In this document: piece after piece, positions 1-12,162 of the stretch
Position numbering within the stretch: the first letter of the stretch is position 1
Layout of the letters: each line of letters opens with the position of its first letter
Assembly: GCA_976226885.1 (NCBI GenBank)
Contig: OZ320316.1
Location: forward strand, 58,032,001-58,096,000
DNA from: Iphione sp. A-MEVVRFRX5
Taxonomy: Eukaryota
Direction: 5' to 3'
Length of the DNA stretch: 64,000 nt
Made by a program: the position numbers and the translations under genes
The notes under the pieces: model-generated
What the model saw: the letters and a program-made list of their open reading frames with translations, nothing else
What the model was told of the DNA's origin: nothing
Database searches by the model: none

Positions 1-39
1 AGAGTGGTACATCAGAGACAATATTACTGTCTGGAGCAC

Positions 40-745
40 AACACATTTATATATGATGCACAGTTGGGATTTCGTACTGTAGGGATACTGACCTATCCAT
101 CGCCCATCTGACTGGACTGATACATAAGCACCTAAACAACAACAAGAAAGTAATCTGTGCCTTTGTTGACTTTGCCAAGAATTTAACAGTGTGTGTCATA
201 GTATACAGAAACTCTGTCAGGCCAATATAGGTGGTTACTATCAGTGGATGTGTAACTATCTGTCATCATGAAGATAGAACACTGATTCAACTGAGCTAAG
301 AGTGACATATGACATCCCGCGTGACTCCATTTCAGGCCTCTGTTGTTTATGTTTTTCATAAATGACCTCCCAGACTGTGAAGTCACATTATTCACTGATG
401 ACCTTGCATTCCTTCCCCATGGTGACAGACTGTAAGAATGCAAATCATGCCTCCAAATGGATCTAGATGTGCTACACAGCTGGGATTGCAACAGTTAAAT
501 CAAGGTTAATATCCAGGAGATGAAAATAGTGGAATTCCACTACTGGAAAACAAATAATGATGTAAGGTTTCATTATGGTGGACATCCTCTATCTAATGTT
601 GGCCTATTTAATTACTTGAGCGTTCGACTTGATACTGCCCACAGCTTCAAGCCACATCTGCAACAACTAACAAGGAAGGGCTATCTAAATTTGAAACATT
701 CGTGGCAAATCTGCTACTGCATACTATGCTACTGCATTCTATAGC
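40..745 (+). mobile_element. Decayed non-LTR retrotransposon (CR1/L2-like) reverse transcriptase fragment
   Basis: Frameshifted motifs in order: QxGFR-like, AFVDFAK, FINDLP, LFTDDL (cf. FADD), LQMDLDVLHSW, FNYLSVRLD (cf. KYLGV), SFKPHL. Confidence 0.85.
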
Positions 746-1139
746 ATTATCAGCTGGCTAATCCTAAACCTTAACCTTTGCAATGAATTACCAAGTTGAA
801 ATGACTCCAACCACTGCATTAGACAATGCCAAAGAGGGAGAAGTTTAAGCAGTCAATTACATACAGGTATGACTATCACTTGTAGGAGAAGACTGGCATC
901 AGTGAGATCAGACTACCTTCTACCTGGGATAGGTACTAATCGAGGGAAGCACAAAGTGACAGGATGCTACCCTAGACAAGTTTGAACATTTTCCTGTGAA
1001 CAGGACATTGCTCCTAGTACTGCAGCAGTAAGGTTGCTCTGCTGTGCAGGACAGTGTCCTTGACCCGTGGAGGGTGACATTTACAGCATACAGGCCGGTG
1101 ACCTATAGCTGCACTCATCCAACACTCACAACATCCTAA

Positions 1140-1240
1140 AACCTCATAAACCAAGCATCAAATCACTTGTCTACATCCCAACATGCCAGCTGTTACATTA
1201 GTAAAACCTCCAAGTCTAAATCCAGGATCCATTAACAATT
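1140..1240 (+). mobile_element. Possible Penelope-type GIY-YIG endonuclease remnant
   Basis: Two adjacent frames read SLVYIPTC and CYISKTSKSKSRIH*, resembling NVVYxITC...YIGKTSRxLKxRIxEH. Short and degraded. Confidence 0.4.
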
Positions 1241-1280
1241 AACCATTGTTAATTATCATCACATCTGTAAATGTCATATA

Positions 1281-1743
1281 CAGTGAAACCCCTCGACAGT
1301 GGACAGCAGTGGAACTGTTCTCGCTGTTGGGGGTGTCCGCTGTCTCTGAGCTCCTGACTTTTTCAATAGGGTTCAATAAGCAATAATTATAGATCAATAG
1401 ATGAAGTCGCACCTCTCCTGGGCGTGACAGTCCATCAAAGAAGAGTATGGTTGCGCCTTATCCAGGGTGTTGGGACAAGATCGCACCTGTCCGAGGTGTG
1501 ACTATAAAAAAAGAGTATGGCCACACCTTCTCCATGGTGTCTGTTCATTGTACAGACAGTGAAATAAGGTTTTGGCACAGTCAAGGGACTGTCCAGAAGC
1601 AGCTGTCCACTGTCAGTGAGTGTCCGCTGTGTCCGAGCTCTTGTAAATATGTTACTTACTTGCTTAGTTTGGGACTGTCCTCCAGGCGTCTGTCGTAGGA
1701 GGCGTCTGCTGTAGCCGGGCATCCATTGTGAGGGTTTCCACTG
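1281..1743. mobile_element. Tc1/mariner-pogo (Tigger-like) MITE
   Basis: Starts TA|CAGTGAAACCCCTC and ends GAGGGTTTCCACTG (imperfect TIR). Contains a repeated subterminal GTGTCCGCTGT motif and no transposase. Confidence 0.65.
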
Positions 1744-4700
1744 AATGTAATTGCGAGCTAGTGAAAACTGGATACTCAAATACATTTATGTATGCTTTCA
1801 CCTCCACTGTATATAGTTATAAAAAAATTAAATACCTATCTGCATCAACCTATATCAAGGAAAAACTGATTTCGTCTCAAAATCATGCAATGATACAGCA
1901 CAACTCGGAGACGATAACCAAAGAACCTCTGTTTTATACATATACATTTATACATTTCCAATACTTCCTTGGGAATGAAACAGTTGTGGCTATCAGGAAA
2001 AAGGCGATAATCAATAGGAGAGTTTTTCTGTTCCTATACGGCAATGGTTCTTGTTTCAATGGTGAACTCATTTACTCTTTTTTAAGTCGAGGTATGAGCA
2101 AAGAACTACGATTATCAACACTAGCTCTCATATTTACTTTGGGTGATATCGCAAACTCAAGCGAAGAAAGATAATTGCTTTATTATAGTCGCACACGCTA
2201 TGTTCATATTGTGTTTAAGGGTGTATTTAAGGGGAAACCGGTCACTGTTAACGCTTAAGACCATTCGGGAAATTTCGAAGAAATAATTTAAAAAAGTAGA
2301 TATGTATATGTTCGACATTAGCCCACGTACACATTAGTCCACATACACATGATTATGTGCATTTTTAACACCCTCAACTATTAACGTACTATGATTCAAT
2401 AATGGGAATCTATATTCGATTCGGTGGTTCGGAAAGGGTATGGAATCCGTTATGAACATACACCTTGCATATTTAATTTAATGTATCTTGATTGGTTACC
2501 CACATGACAATAATAAGATTCGAGTAACGTTTCTCGCGCGTTACCTGTTATCTGTAAATTTGCTCAATGTGCCTTGTGGTTTCAATACCAGTGTCACTAC
2601 TGGCAGGTTGCAGGAGAGGCGGCACTGCCATCTATTGGCCAAAGAAGGAAATGCTATCAGCACGTACGTCTGAGTGGCAACTAGGTCAGGGGAGGATAAA
2701 TTCAGGAACAAAATAACGTGGAATATAATGTTGTGGTGTAGTTCTTTCTTGTTTTCCTATTATTGTGTACAGCAAGTCATTGCATGGCCCACTGCATAAT
2801 TGGCGCATTTATGGGTCTTTGATAACATAAACTAGAAAGCAGCGATATACCTAGGCAGTGTGTAGTACAGCGTTAGTTATGGGTCATCTGTAATCTTTGC
2901 ACATTCTTACTCGTCGAAATGGGACACAAGCTAGTCCGAGCTAGGATTTACACGCGTCCCTTATCAATATTACATCAAGCGATAAGGGTTTGATTCCATT
3001 TTAATCTCGCGACTTGCAGGAAAGGGGAATGGGGCTGCTTGCTCTAGGTCGGCACTCATCTTACACGACGGCCGATATCCAAAGTTAGCTCTCTCTGGCT
3101 GCGATGATCCCATTGATCCAGCTCATAAACGCTAATCGCCCGTTCCCAGTAATCCACAGACCTTCTCCTGGATCATCGCTCCTGTAATCTTATAATCGTC
3201 TCCTTTCAATATTTGACGAATGTTATCTTGTGCCGTGGGCAAGCATCATGATACCAGGGTTCTTTTAGTCACGATGATACTGAATTAGCCGACGTCGGAC
3301 CGTTTCAATTATCGTAGGAAGAAGTAAAATTTGTTTGCAGTTTGGAGATTTAATAAAGCAGTGGAGACTAATGATACATGGTAATTCCTATGCTAATCTG
3401 ATTACCGTTGTTCTGTTTGGAATTCAATGGTGCCCAGCGGTCCCGTAATGTTATTAATCTCAACTACGCCTGAATCATGGTGACATTCAGACCCAAGGAG
3501 GCATTCTCATGGGACCTATCGTTTATTATTGCAAACATCCAAGCAACCTCTACTATGCTGACCTTGTTCGTGGAACCGGTAAGGAAATACTGATAACGAG
3601 GATTCTTCTAACGGCAATGTGCCTGTTAGTCCGGCCTTGTAAGCTTGCGGATACAATCACATATAGCACAGTCGTTTTGGGATAAACTGAAGTAAGAAGA
3701 AAAGGCCGGTAGTATGGGTCCAAATAAAGGGATTCTGAACCGGAAACACTCCAGGCTGTCGCAGAGGCACGTAATCAAATAGCAAAGCATGATAGACGAG
3801 AAGCATAGCATCACAAGATACCCGTGAAATCATGATAGTGCAATCCTCCTTTGCGTGCCATTTTATGAGTTCATAAAACAAGTGGTAAATGAATATGGCT
3901 GCTGGATTGTTTACATCTATTCAAATTGGATACGACATCTGGTGCCAACTACACTTTTCTTAATTACGTGCTCGATCACGTGCCACCAGACATATTTTGT
4001 CTTTTAACTTTACTATACATCCGAATGTCCTTCCACGAATGAAGTGAAGGAGTCAGATCTATGAACGGCAAGTTCTACAAGAGGCTAATACGCTAATTAG
4101 GCAAGATTTTTAAAATGTAATTGATTAATTACTAGACCATCTCAAGAGAAGAACATGAGGAAGGTGCTAGCAAGATCTGAGCTTTGTCTTTAGTGAAGTG
4201 TGAGCAATACCCTCTGCTCTGGGCCATACAACTTGACAGTAAAAAGCCTTGGCATACCTGACACAGCCCCCATCTGTGGAGCTATGACGGCAAAGCCAAC
4301 ACAATGGAATCGCTGGGACAACGGCACTTCGTGCCAATGCGCTGGAACATTGATCCTGTCTGGGATCCCTGTCTCAGGATGTCCTCAGTGCTGCCATCAG
4401 CCTGGGGCCAAATTAGAGGCTAACAAAAACCTGCGTTATAACCGTCAGACTTGACAATTGGCGATAAGCGTAGCTTGCGCACGAGATCTATCGACTTATT
4501 TTTCTAGCTTGAAGGCAGCTATGAACCGGAAGGGGAGATCGTGCACGTCAGACTCCATTAGTAAAACCTTCACCGTAATCAAATGTGTCCGCAGATCTAG
4601 GAATGAATAGGCTGTATTTATTAAATAATCCTATTTTTGGCGGAGAAATCAATAGGTTCCTCCACCGGTAAGGGTCTTGATTCTATCTCTATAAAACGAC

Positions 4701-7076
4701 GTGGTCTTTGTCTTCTACCTACCTCAGAGCTTGTCAGCTTCTTTTGATTAACAAGTGTATCATAGATGGATCATTATCCGGAATACGTGCTGGTTCATGC
4801 ACACATAACGCACTGCCAACAAATGAGGTTGGTCTTTCTCTAGTCCACATGGTCTATTAAAGGCAATACACGGAGGTGTCATCAACACATTTTAGAAGAC
4901 GAAGTATCCATGATTAAAGTCCAGAAATCATTAGTGTGTACATAATTGAACAGTACAGGGTGTTCCTATGAAGCCTTTTCGAACAATTACTTTCGGAATC
5001 CAGCATGCAGGCCTGATATATTTTCTTTAATTGACAATGCCAGATACATAATGCAACGGCATAAGGCATTATGTTCATGGAGAGGTAGCGACTGGGGTTT
5101 CCTGCACTGATTAACTGGCCATAGTATCCAGTGCCTCTAGGGAATATTAAATGTTCTGCCAAGTGGGGGTATGGATTAATAAAAAGTGCATCGTCGACTG
5201 TGTGTCGCAGAGTAAGACCGTCACATTAGTAGCGAAGTGAAAAAAAACCGGTACGTTCGGATTCCACAATCAACTATGGAACTTGCAGGTCAGTGGCGAC
5301 ATTCTTCCAGTGTTCGGGCGTTTTCTTACAGCTCTCTAATATATCTTTTAATATCTTTTTAAACTCGCTAAATTATATATACTTGAAACCATGTAAAGGT
5401 AGAAAACTCGATATCAGACCTCCTCACGCTGTCAGAAACTTATCAATAGGGTGCTTTTAACCCCCTATTCATCAGGGAAAATGTGCCGTTAGCATGGAAA
5501 TGTTTTCTTAGTAATTCTATCTGCTCCATATGTACCTAAGTTAAGTACGAGCAACTCTCTGTCTAAATTGTCCCCAAAGACACCATTAGTACTCGATAAG
5601 AAATTGATCTTTTCTTGATAAACAAAATCTTCAACGGTTATACTGGGTGATATAGGTCTGAGGAATGAGGTTTGTAGCACCAGAGAGCTCTACCCCGCCC
5701 TGTAACCGCCGCACCATAGAGTGAGACAATAATATTGCCCAGAGCACAGTTGTTGGCTGCAGCCGTCAGTTGTCGCTCAGTGCTGCCCTTCCTTTTGTTT
5801 TTGCTATTTCGAAGTTTTGCCTCACATCCATCAACGCCCGCGATTTTTGCGCAAGTTCCATATCGGGATGGTGACCGACCGACAGATGGCAAGGGGAGAC
5901 ATTTTACTCCTCTGAGAAAAGGTCGACGAAAAGGCACTGAGGTTATTTTCGCCATAGAGCGTTGTCTGCATAACCCTTGGGTGTTCGAATTCGGCCATAC
6001 ACACGGTAATGTTTCTGGGAAAATATCTCAATATGGTGCCCACATGTGCATGGTTATACAATGAAAAAGACATCACAGTACTTGATCTTTCTTAACAATT
6101 TACATTAAACACTAATTATGGAAGAACTTCAATAAAATGAAAATGACCTACAGATGCACCAACGATCTTTAATAGAAATTCATATGTAAAGACAATTACA
6201 GTAACTTGATTCAGGATACGGTGCAATATCCATTATTGGCATCTGGCTCGATTGGTACAGAGAGAAACTGGCAATTTTACTTTTCAACAGGATCTTTAAT
6301 AACAGACGGTAAGAGCGGGTTTATGAAAACATTTTATTTTCTACAAAACATCCTTTGTGGAGATGATTTGACTAGTTAATGACCCATACTTTGTTCGCAC
6401 CTCTTTCATACTACATAACGGTATTAAACCTCAGAAAACGGATTTAATGCTTGACCATTAACATGGGACTATATAAAACAAACAATAGTTTCCAATGTAG
6501 AATAATTCAATGGTACCTGCATGGTTGCTGTATTCTTTTACTATTTACAAGTCTTCCGAAGAGTTCACGCCAAGTGACCATATAAGATACAATATAACAC
6601 CGATGACAATTGAATCACTTCCGAACATGAGTGTCACATGTGTTTCGGCTAATTAAGCGATGGATTTCAAAATAGACAAATGACCACAGATCTTTTGGAA
6701 TGGACTTCCTATTATAGTCTGTTCTATACAGGAGCAGATGTCATGTTGCTAAGCAACGACTTATTGGGACGCATCGATGCGAGTGTGACGATAATCCTCA
6801 CTGTTCAAGGACTTCTTCAGCTAGGTTTCCTCAATAGGCTTGCCTCTCGACCGGCTGGTGGATACCAATGAAAAGCAACTTATATTTCCCCCCTTTCTTT
6901 TACTTCCCAAACGATAGTGAATATGGATGTTTGAAACCAGTGGCGTGTTGGGGCCACTGGTTGGAGAACTGTAATATCGTGGGATGTTCCTGATCGCCGG
7001 ACGCTATCCTCCCACCGAGGCTGATGTCCTTTCCTGCCTGACCGCGCATGCCCAGAAGTCAAGATGCTTCGGGTCC

Positions 7077-7142
7077 CAAAGGGACTAGTTCCTGACTATC
7101 ATGAGATAGGTCCTGAGGCCTTTTTTCAGCCTAGTCCCTTTG
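7077..7142. repeat. 12-bp perfect inverted repeat
   Basis: CAAAGGGACTAG at 7077-7088 and CTAGTCCCTTTG at 7131-7142. Confidence 0.7.
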
Positions 7143-7291
7143 TTTGGCTTTTTTTGGCCTAACTCCTACCTCCCAACCCCTCTGTCAAAACAGAAAAAGA
7201 AGTCATCTACGCTCGCGGCATGAGAGGCTGGCTCACGTTCGTAAGCCGTGGTGACGACATGCCGTGTCTGCGTGCTGGCTGGACTGTGTGT

Positions 7292-7297
7292 TTTATT
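7292..7297 (-). promoter_or_regulatory. Candidate AATAAA polyadenylation signal of the iGluR
   Basis: This is the first AATAAA on the minus strand, about 245 nt after the exon-14 stop. No clear GU-rich downstream element. Confidence 0.3.
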
Positions 7298-7541
7298 GCC
7301 AATATGGCGGCATGTTGGCTAGTGGCAAGCACACGAGAGCCGCTCTAGAAGCAGATGCGTGTCGTGCGGTCGCGCTCTGCCTTGACAGTTAACACCTTGG
7401 CCACTCTCCACTGTCAGGGCACGGACTGCACAAGACAACAGTGCCCCTGCCAACCGAGGTCGCCCCAACGACAGCCTCCTGATGGCTGCGGGACTCACAA
7501 AAAAGGCAATAGCTCATCAACCTCTATCGCCCATCCTTCCA

Positions 7542-7679
7542 TCAGAAGATATTGGTCTGCTTAGACGTAGAGTAGTTGACGGGCGTCATAAATTGCTGTG
7601 TCTCCTCCATCTGAATCGCACCGGCAGAGACGTTGCCGTCGCACAAAGGCTTAGCAGAAATCCCTTCCTCTGGAACTTT
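7542..7679 (-). CDS. Probable terminal coding exon 14 (cytoplasmic tail)
   Basis: Strong acceptor ttattcccttactctttcag|AAA. The phase-0 frame reads KVPEEGISAKPLCDGNVSAGAIQMEETQQFMTPVNYSTSKQTNIF* and matches the exon-13 donor phase. There is no homology support. Confidence 0.6.
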   Translation of the reverse strand, partial: KVPEEGISAKPLCDGNVSAGAIQMEETQQFMTPVNYSTSKQTNIF

Positions 7680-10494
7680 CTGAAAGAGTAAGGGAATAAC
7701 AAGTCAGTACCAGTGGTTCACTGCGAAGGCTATCGATTAGAAGCGTCTACGAGTGAGAAGGGTAGATGTTTAGGTGATAAATTGATCACAGAAGACATAA
7801 TTACAGCGTTATCGCTTTTACCGGGAAATCACTTTGCTGGAGGCGCCTGCCTTGCCGATAGCTATCTATATCCCCGGGGCCGAGCGAGCCCCGACCAATG
7901 CCCATCAGAGACTGCGATTTACTGCTCATTCTGTGCCCTACTTAGCTGGCCAATTTACATTGGAGTTCCCCCAAACATCACCCTTCGGATACAGGCTCTC
8001 CACATCCAAGTATCATACACGAATTGGCTAGACCCATGTTAATAAGAAGCTTGCCAGGGGAACATACAAAGATATGTCTGTATACAATCTTGAGAAGTTA
8101 ATGGGTGTAATGACTTCTGGAATGTGCCTCCTACGGGTCATCATTTTCGGCTTACAATAAAGGGTACCCATAGCCGCTGGGGGGAGGGGGCGGCGCAGTA
8201 AACAGTTTTCTTTTCTCTGATGGAAACGCCTCAGACACGTTAATAAAGCCACGGTAAATAAATGTGTTTGGGGTGTCATTCCAGCAAACAGCCCAAGTGC
8301 TTCATTGCCATGGCAACTGCCAGCCCCCGATAGTACTATCGACCGATCACTATTTTACCACCAGGGCAAGTAATAAACTGACCAAAGGACGCAAGGGGGC
8401 ATTTAACTGACTGCTCTTTAAATGCTACACCACATGACGCTTTTGCGGTCATGCAAAGCCCGTGCGATACTTGACCATGGTCGTTTATCTCCCCATTTAT
8501 TGCTGCAGTGTTCACCAGATATTACCTCAAACTGCTTGAACCGCTATAAGGCTGTCAGATTGAATGTGTACTCGGAGAAGCTATTGACCGCTGGTCAACG
8601 TGTTCGATTTGTACTGAGTGTGATGCGGGATGTGTGGGAAGACCGAGTGAGTGAGAGAAAGAAAGAGCGGCGTTCACATTGTTAGTTTTTGCCACAATTA
8701 CATGATGATTGTATCTATATGCCTGTGCTGAAGCCAAGTATTATTGTTTCTATTGATGTGTGGAAGAATCAAAACTAGTTCTGATAATAAAACTCAGGGC
8801 ATCCACGCATGAAATTGATAAGGCCGATTAATTGCCCTCGAAGAGGAATGCTTCGACAGCAGCGATTTGCTGTAATGTATTTTCACGGTGTCATTCAAGG
8901 AATGTAATAAAGAAAAACCAGTCCGTATTTCAAATATTCTCTAAAGATACAAAAAAAAACTTTCCCTCGTGGCCAAAACATACGGTTGATAAGATTTTAA
9001 GTACCAATAGCATGTTTTCACGCGTACTCCACTTCAATACTTTCCTTCAGGGGTTGGCTCCCCACTGACCAGGATAGCGCGTAGTAAGACCCACGGCCAC
9101 GAATGTTCACAGTGCTGCATCCATATTCAAATTGATTCAAGAACATTTCTTTGAAATTAGTTTTTGAAGCTTCAACCGACGTGTCTACTTGCGGCTACTG
9201 TATTATGAAAAGATGCTCTTCATTAGCAGGATTCAGCCGCGCTCGCTCTGAAATCCCTCCTCAGAACTTGCATCCCCTTCAGGTGGCTTTTTCAATGTAA
9301 ATCACTTGGATCACCATCCCGAGTAAAATCAATGAAATTAAAGATCGCCTGCCGATAAGAAGGTGCCTTTGTCTTATACAGGGTTTTACATTACAAACGT
9401 GTGTGGTTAGACACAAACAGGCCGCACTTACGCCACTTAGGCGGGGAAAATGTTAGTCATAAGGTGGGGGGCGCCTACTGAGTTGCCCGAGTGAAATCTC
9501 GTGTCTTTGATTGAACGTCCGCATGAATCAATACACACAGTTAGAGCGCACCGTTTTATCATTACCTCTGACGGTAGACATGCCTGTGTTCCTTTAATTA
9601 AAACGCTGTGATGTTGACGATACTAACTTGAGCTAAGCGGCAGTCAGTTCCTGGTTCACTGCAGCGGAACACTGTGCAGGACTATACATCGAAGGAACTT
9701 CACCATCAGCCTTACAGCGATCAATACTATAATCACTCGGATGCTTTCACACAAACACAAACATCCATATATTCGTTCGCAGTGTGAGACGCTGGGGTTT
9801 ACATTCCTTCCTTTCTGCAGCAGACATACTTAAAGGCATTTTACTGAGTAGTTGTCTATACACATTTTAAAAAGAAATCGCCAGAAGTGATTTTTCGTCG
9901 TCTTGCTGCGGCCGTGCGGCACCAACAGAGCTCTACACCTCCAGGGAATATCACACCAGAGCATATTAGTCAATTTATTCCAAAACTTCATGATAAAGTA
10001 GCAGATGAAATGCCATTCAACATGATATTTACCTACGTGAAGAAAAATTACAGTTTCAATCTCTAATGCAATGCAATAGCGTTTGTTCCACGAGGATGAA
10101 TATAAGAATATTTATTTAAGCGATGCCTAAGATCCTACGAGGAATTCTAAACTATTACCCTAAATAAGCACTTACAAGTCGAATGGCGACGATAACTACG
10201 ATGTCTGCCTGCCATTGTTACAATGTATGATCCGAAAATGTTCTACCAGCTACTTAGTAAACTGGGAAAGGAAGGCTGTCTTTCAACGTAGGCTGATTAC
10301 GCTAAATTGAGACCTAAATAGTGGACTGGGGACTATTAATACGAAATGACATATGGCAAAGCCGTTGTCAACACTTCTTCGTCTGTCAGTATATACATCA
10401 AGACCTCCTTTTAAACAGAACTTTTTTTTCAACTCGAAGTGATCTTGTACATGGAGCAAGGCTGCGGTGCAAACTGCATACAATGATCATAACC

Positions 10495-10730
10495 TATAGG
10501 GCTAGGCCATTGTGTAAAGTGAACATTTCAGATACTGAAGATTTAAGGCATACTGGGCTAGACCACTATGCCTAAATGAACATTAGTTAAGCGAATATGT
10601 GCAAACTACATCATGATTATAACTCATGGGCCTAGGCTGTTGTGTGAAGTAAACATTACAGATATTGATCTAAGGCAATTGAGCTAGGCCGGTATGCCTA
10701 ATGGACTTAGTTGAGTGGATAAGTGACAAG
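10495..10730. repeat. Degenerate tandem duplication, about 130-bp unit x2
   Basis: ctaggc..ttgtgt.aagt.aacatt.cagata.tga..t.taaggca...g.gctag.cc..tatgccta occurs twice. Confidence 0.65.
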
Positions 10731-10979
10731 TGTGTATTGTATCATCCTCGCTAAAATCTGTTAAAATCATGTACCGGTATCACATATTGATGACATGTCA
10801 TTTATAATTATACACATCTGTGTTGTTAAAGTTAGGAACTGGATGCACATACAATTAGTATTTTCAATGCAGAGTAAATAAAGATTAAGAAACTATGGAG
10901 AAATAATTTACAGTTCCATTATACGCACAGAAGAAATGACGTCGTTTTCATTTAAGGATCGCCAGGTAGCCCTACACAC

Positions 10980-11163
10980 CCTGTTTTTCGTCTTGACTTT
11001 CTTGCGCCGGGTGCGACAGGCGTATTCAATGATGGACACAAATATGGCGACCAGGATCCCTAGCGCCAGGAAGATGAAGATACCCGCCATATTGCGAATG
11101 GACAACGACTGTGAGGTCAAAGTTGGCCGACTGGTGTCGGGGCACTTGTTTTCGGGCCACCAT
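10980..11163 (-). CDS. iGluR exon 13 (S2 end, M4); may read through to a stop at 10908
   Basis: Encodes (R)WWPENKC...LSIRNMAGIFIFLALGILVAIFVSIIEYACRTRRKKVKTKNR. Acceptor tttttattcag, candidate donor AGG|GTGTGT. Confidence 0.94.
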
Positions 11164-12162
11164 CTGAATAAAAACAACATAAAAAATTGTCCAACATTCC
11201 TCTTATCTGAATAGGCTTCTGTGTACAATAAATCTAGGAGGAAAAGTGGCCGACTGGCAAACAACAGTACACATTGGGGACGACATAAAAGAAGTCACCG
11301 GTTTCCGTATATATTGTCATATGCACCAATTCTTTCTATTCTAGTAAAGTTCTCCTTGGGGGGTTTACTGAAAGCACTGATGCAGTCAATATATCAGGCT
11401 AATTATGTTTTACGTTATCTTTAAAATATGAACGTAAAGAGAAACTGTTTACAACCTAAAGAAGAGACAGTGCTCCGTCAATCAAAACAACAATAGAGAT
11501 TTCATTGCTTTGATCTTAAATATGCTGTTCAGTTCTATTTATAGTCAAAATGAACACTACTGGTCATTCAGTATCGTGTGTAAGGTCTGTGTGATACATA
11601 ACTCCCCTCTGACCACGTGCGTGCCTTTCTAACGTTATATATTGTAACAAAGCGGCAGGATAACTTCACCAAATCAAGCGTACACGATGTTTATTGAGGC
11701 TCAACCAATTGTGGCCACATAAACCTGGAACCTTGGCCTGGCGAGTCCCAACGTTCTGCAACCTCACCTGACTGATGGGCCTGACCGGCCCTGGAGGTCA
11801 CTGGATGTCCCTAATCAACTCTATGCGCTGTGAACTTTGAACCCTATTGAAGTGGGCGGTATGCGTAGCAGCCACCACTGGGGTTTATCCACGCTGAACG
11901 GACACAAGAACAGATTAGTGCCGCAGCGAACAGATGCCGCGGTGGTGGGTCTATATATGACACCTAGATAGGAATTTACGGGCGAAACCCCGGTGGCGAA
12001 GGTCATTGGGCCCTCCGGGTTATGGTTTGTTGAATAGGGTGGGGACGGCTAAACCAAAGTTCTGGGGTCTACTGCTTCGGGAAGGTGAATCTAGGGACAC
12101 GCCGGTCTCCTAACACCAAGGTGACAAATCATCTCGTGGCCCCGGTCGATAGTTTGTCTTAC

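Noticed and set aside
11821-12006. LGVIYRP motif resembling a LINE APE endonuclease
   Set aside because: It is a single short motif, and the flanking GDFN and other APE motifs were not found.
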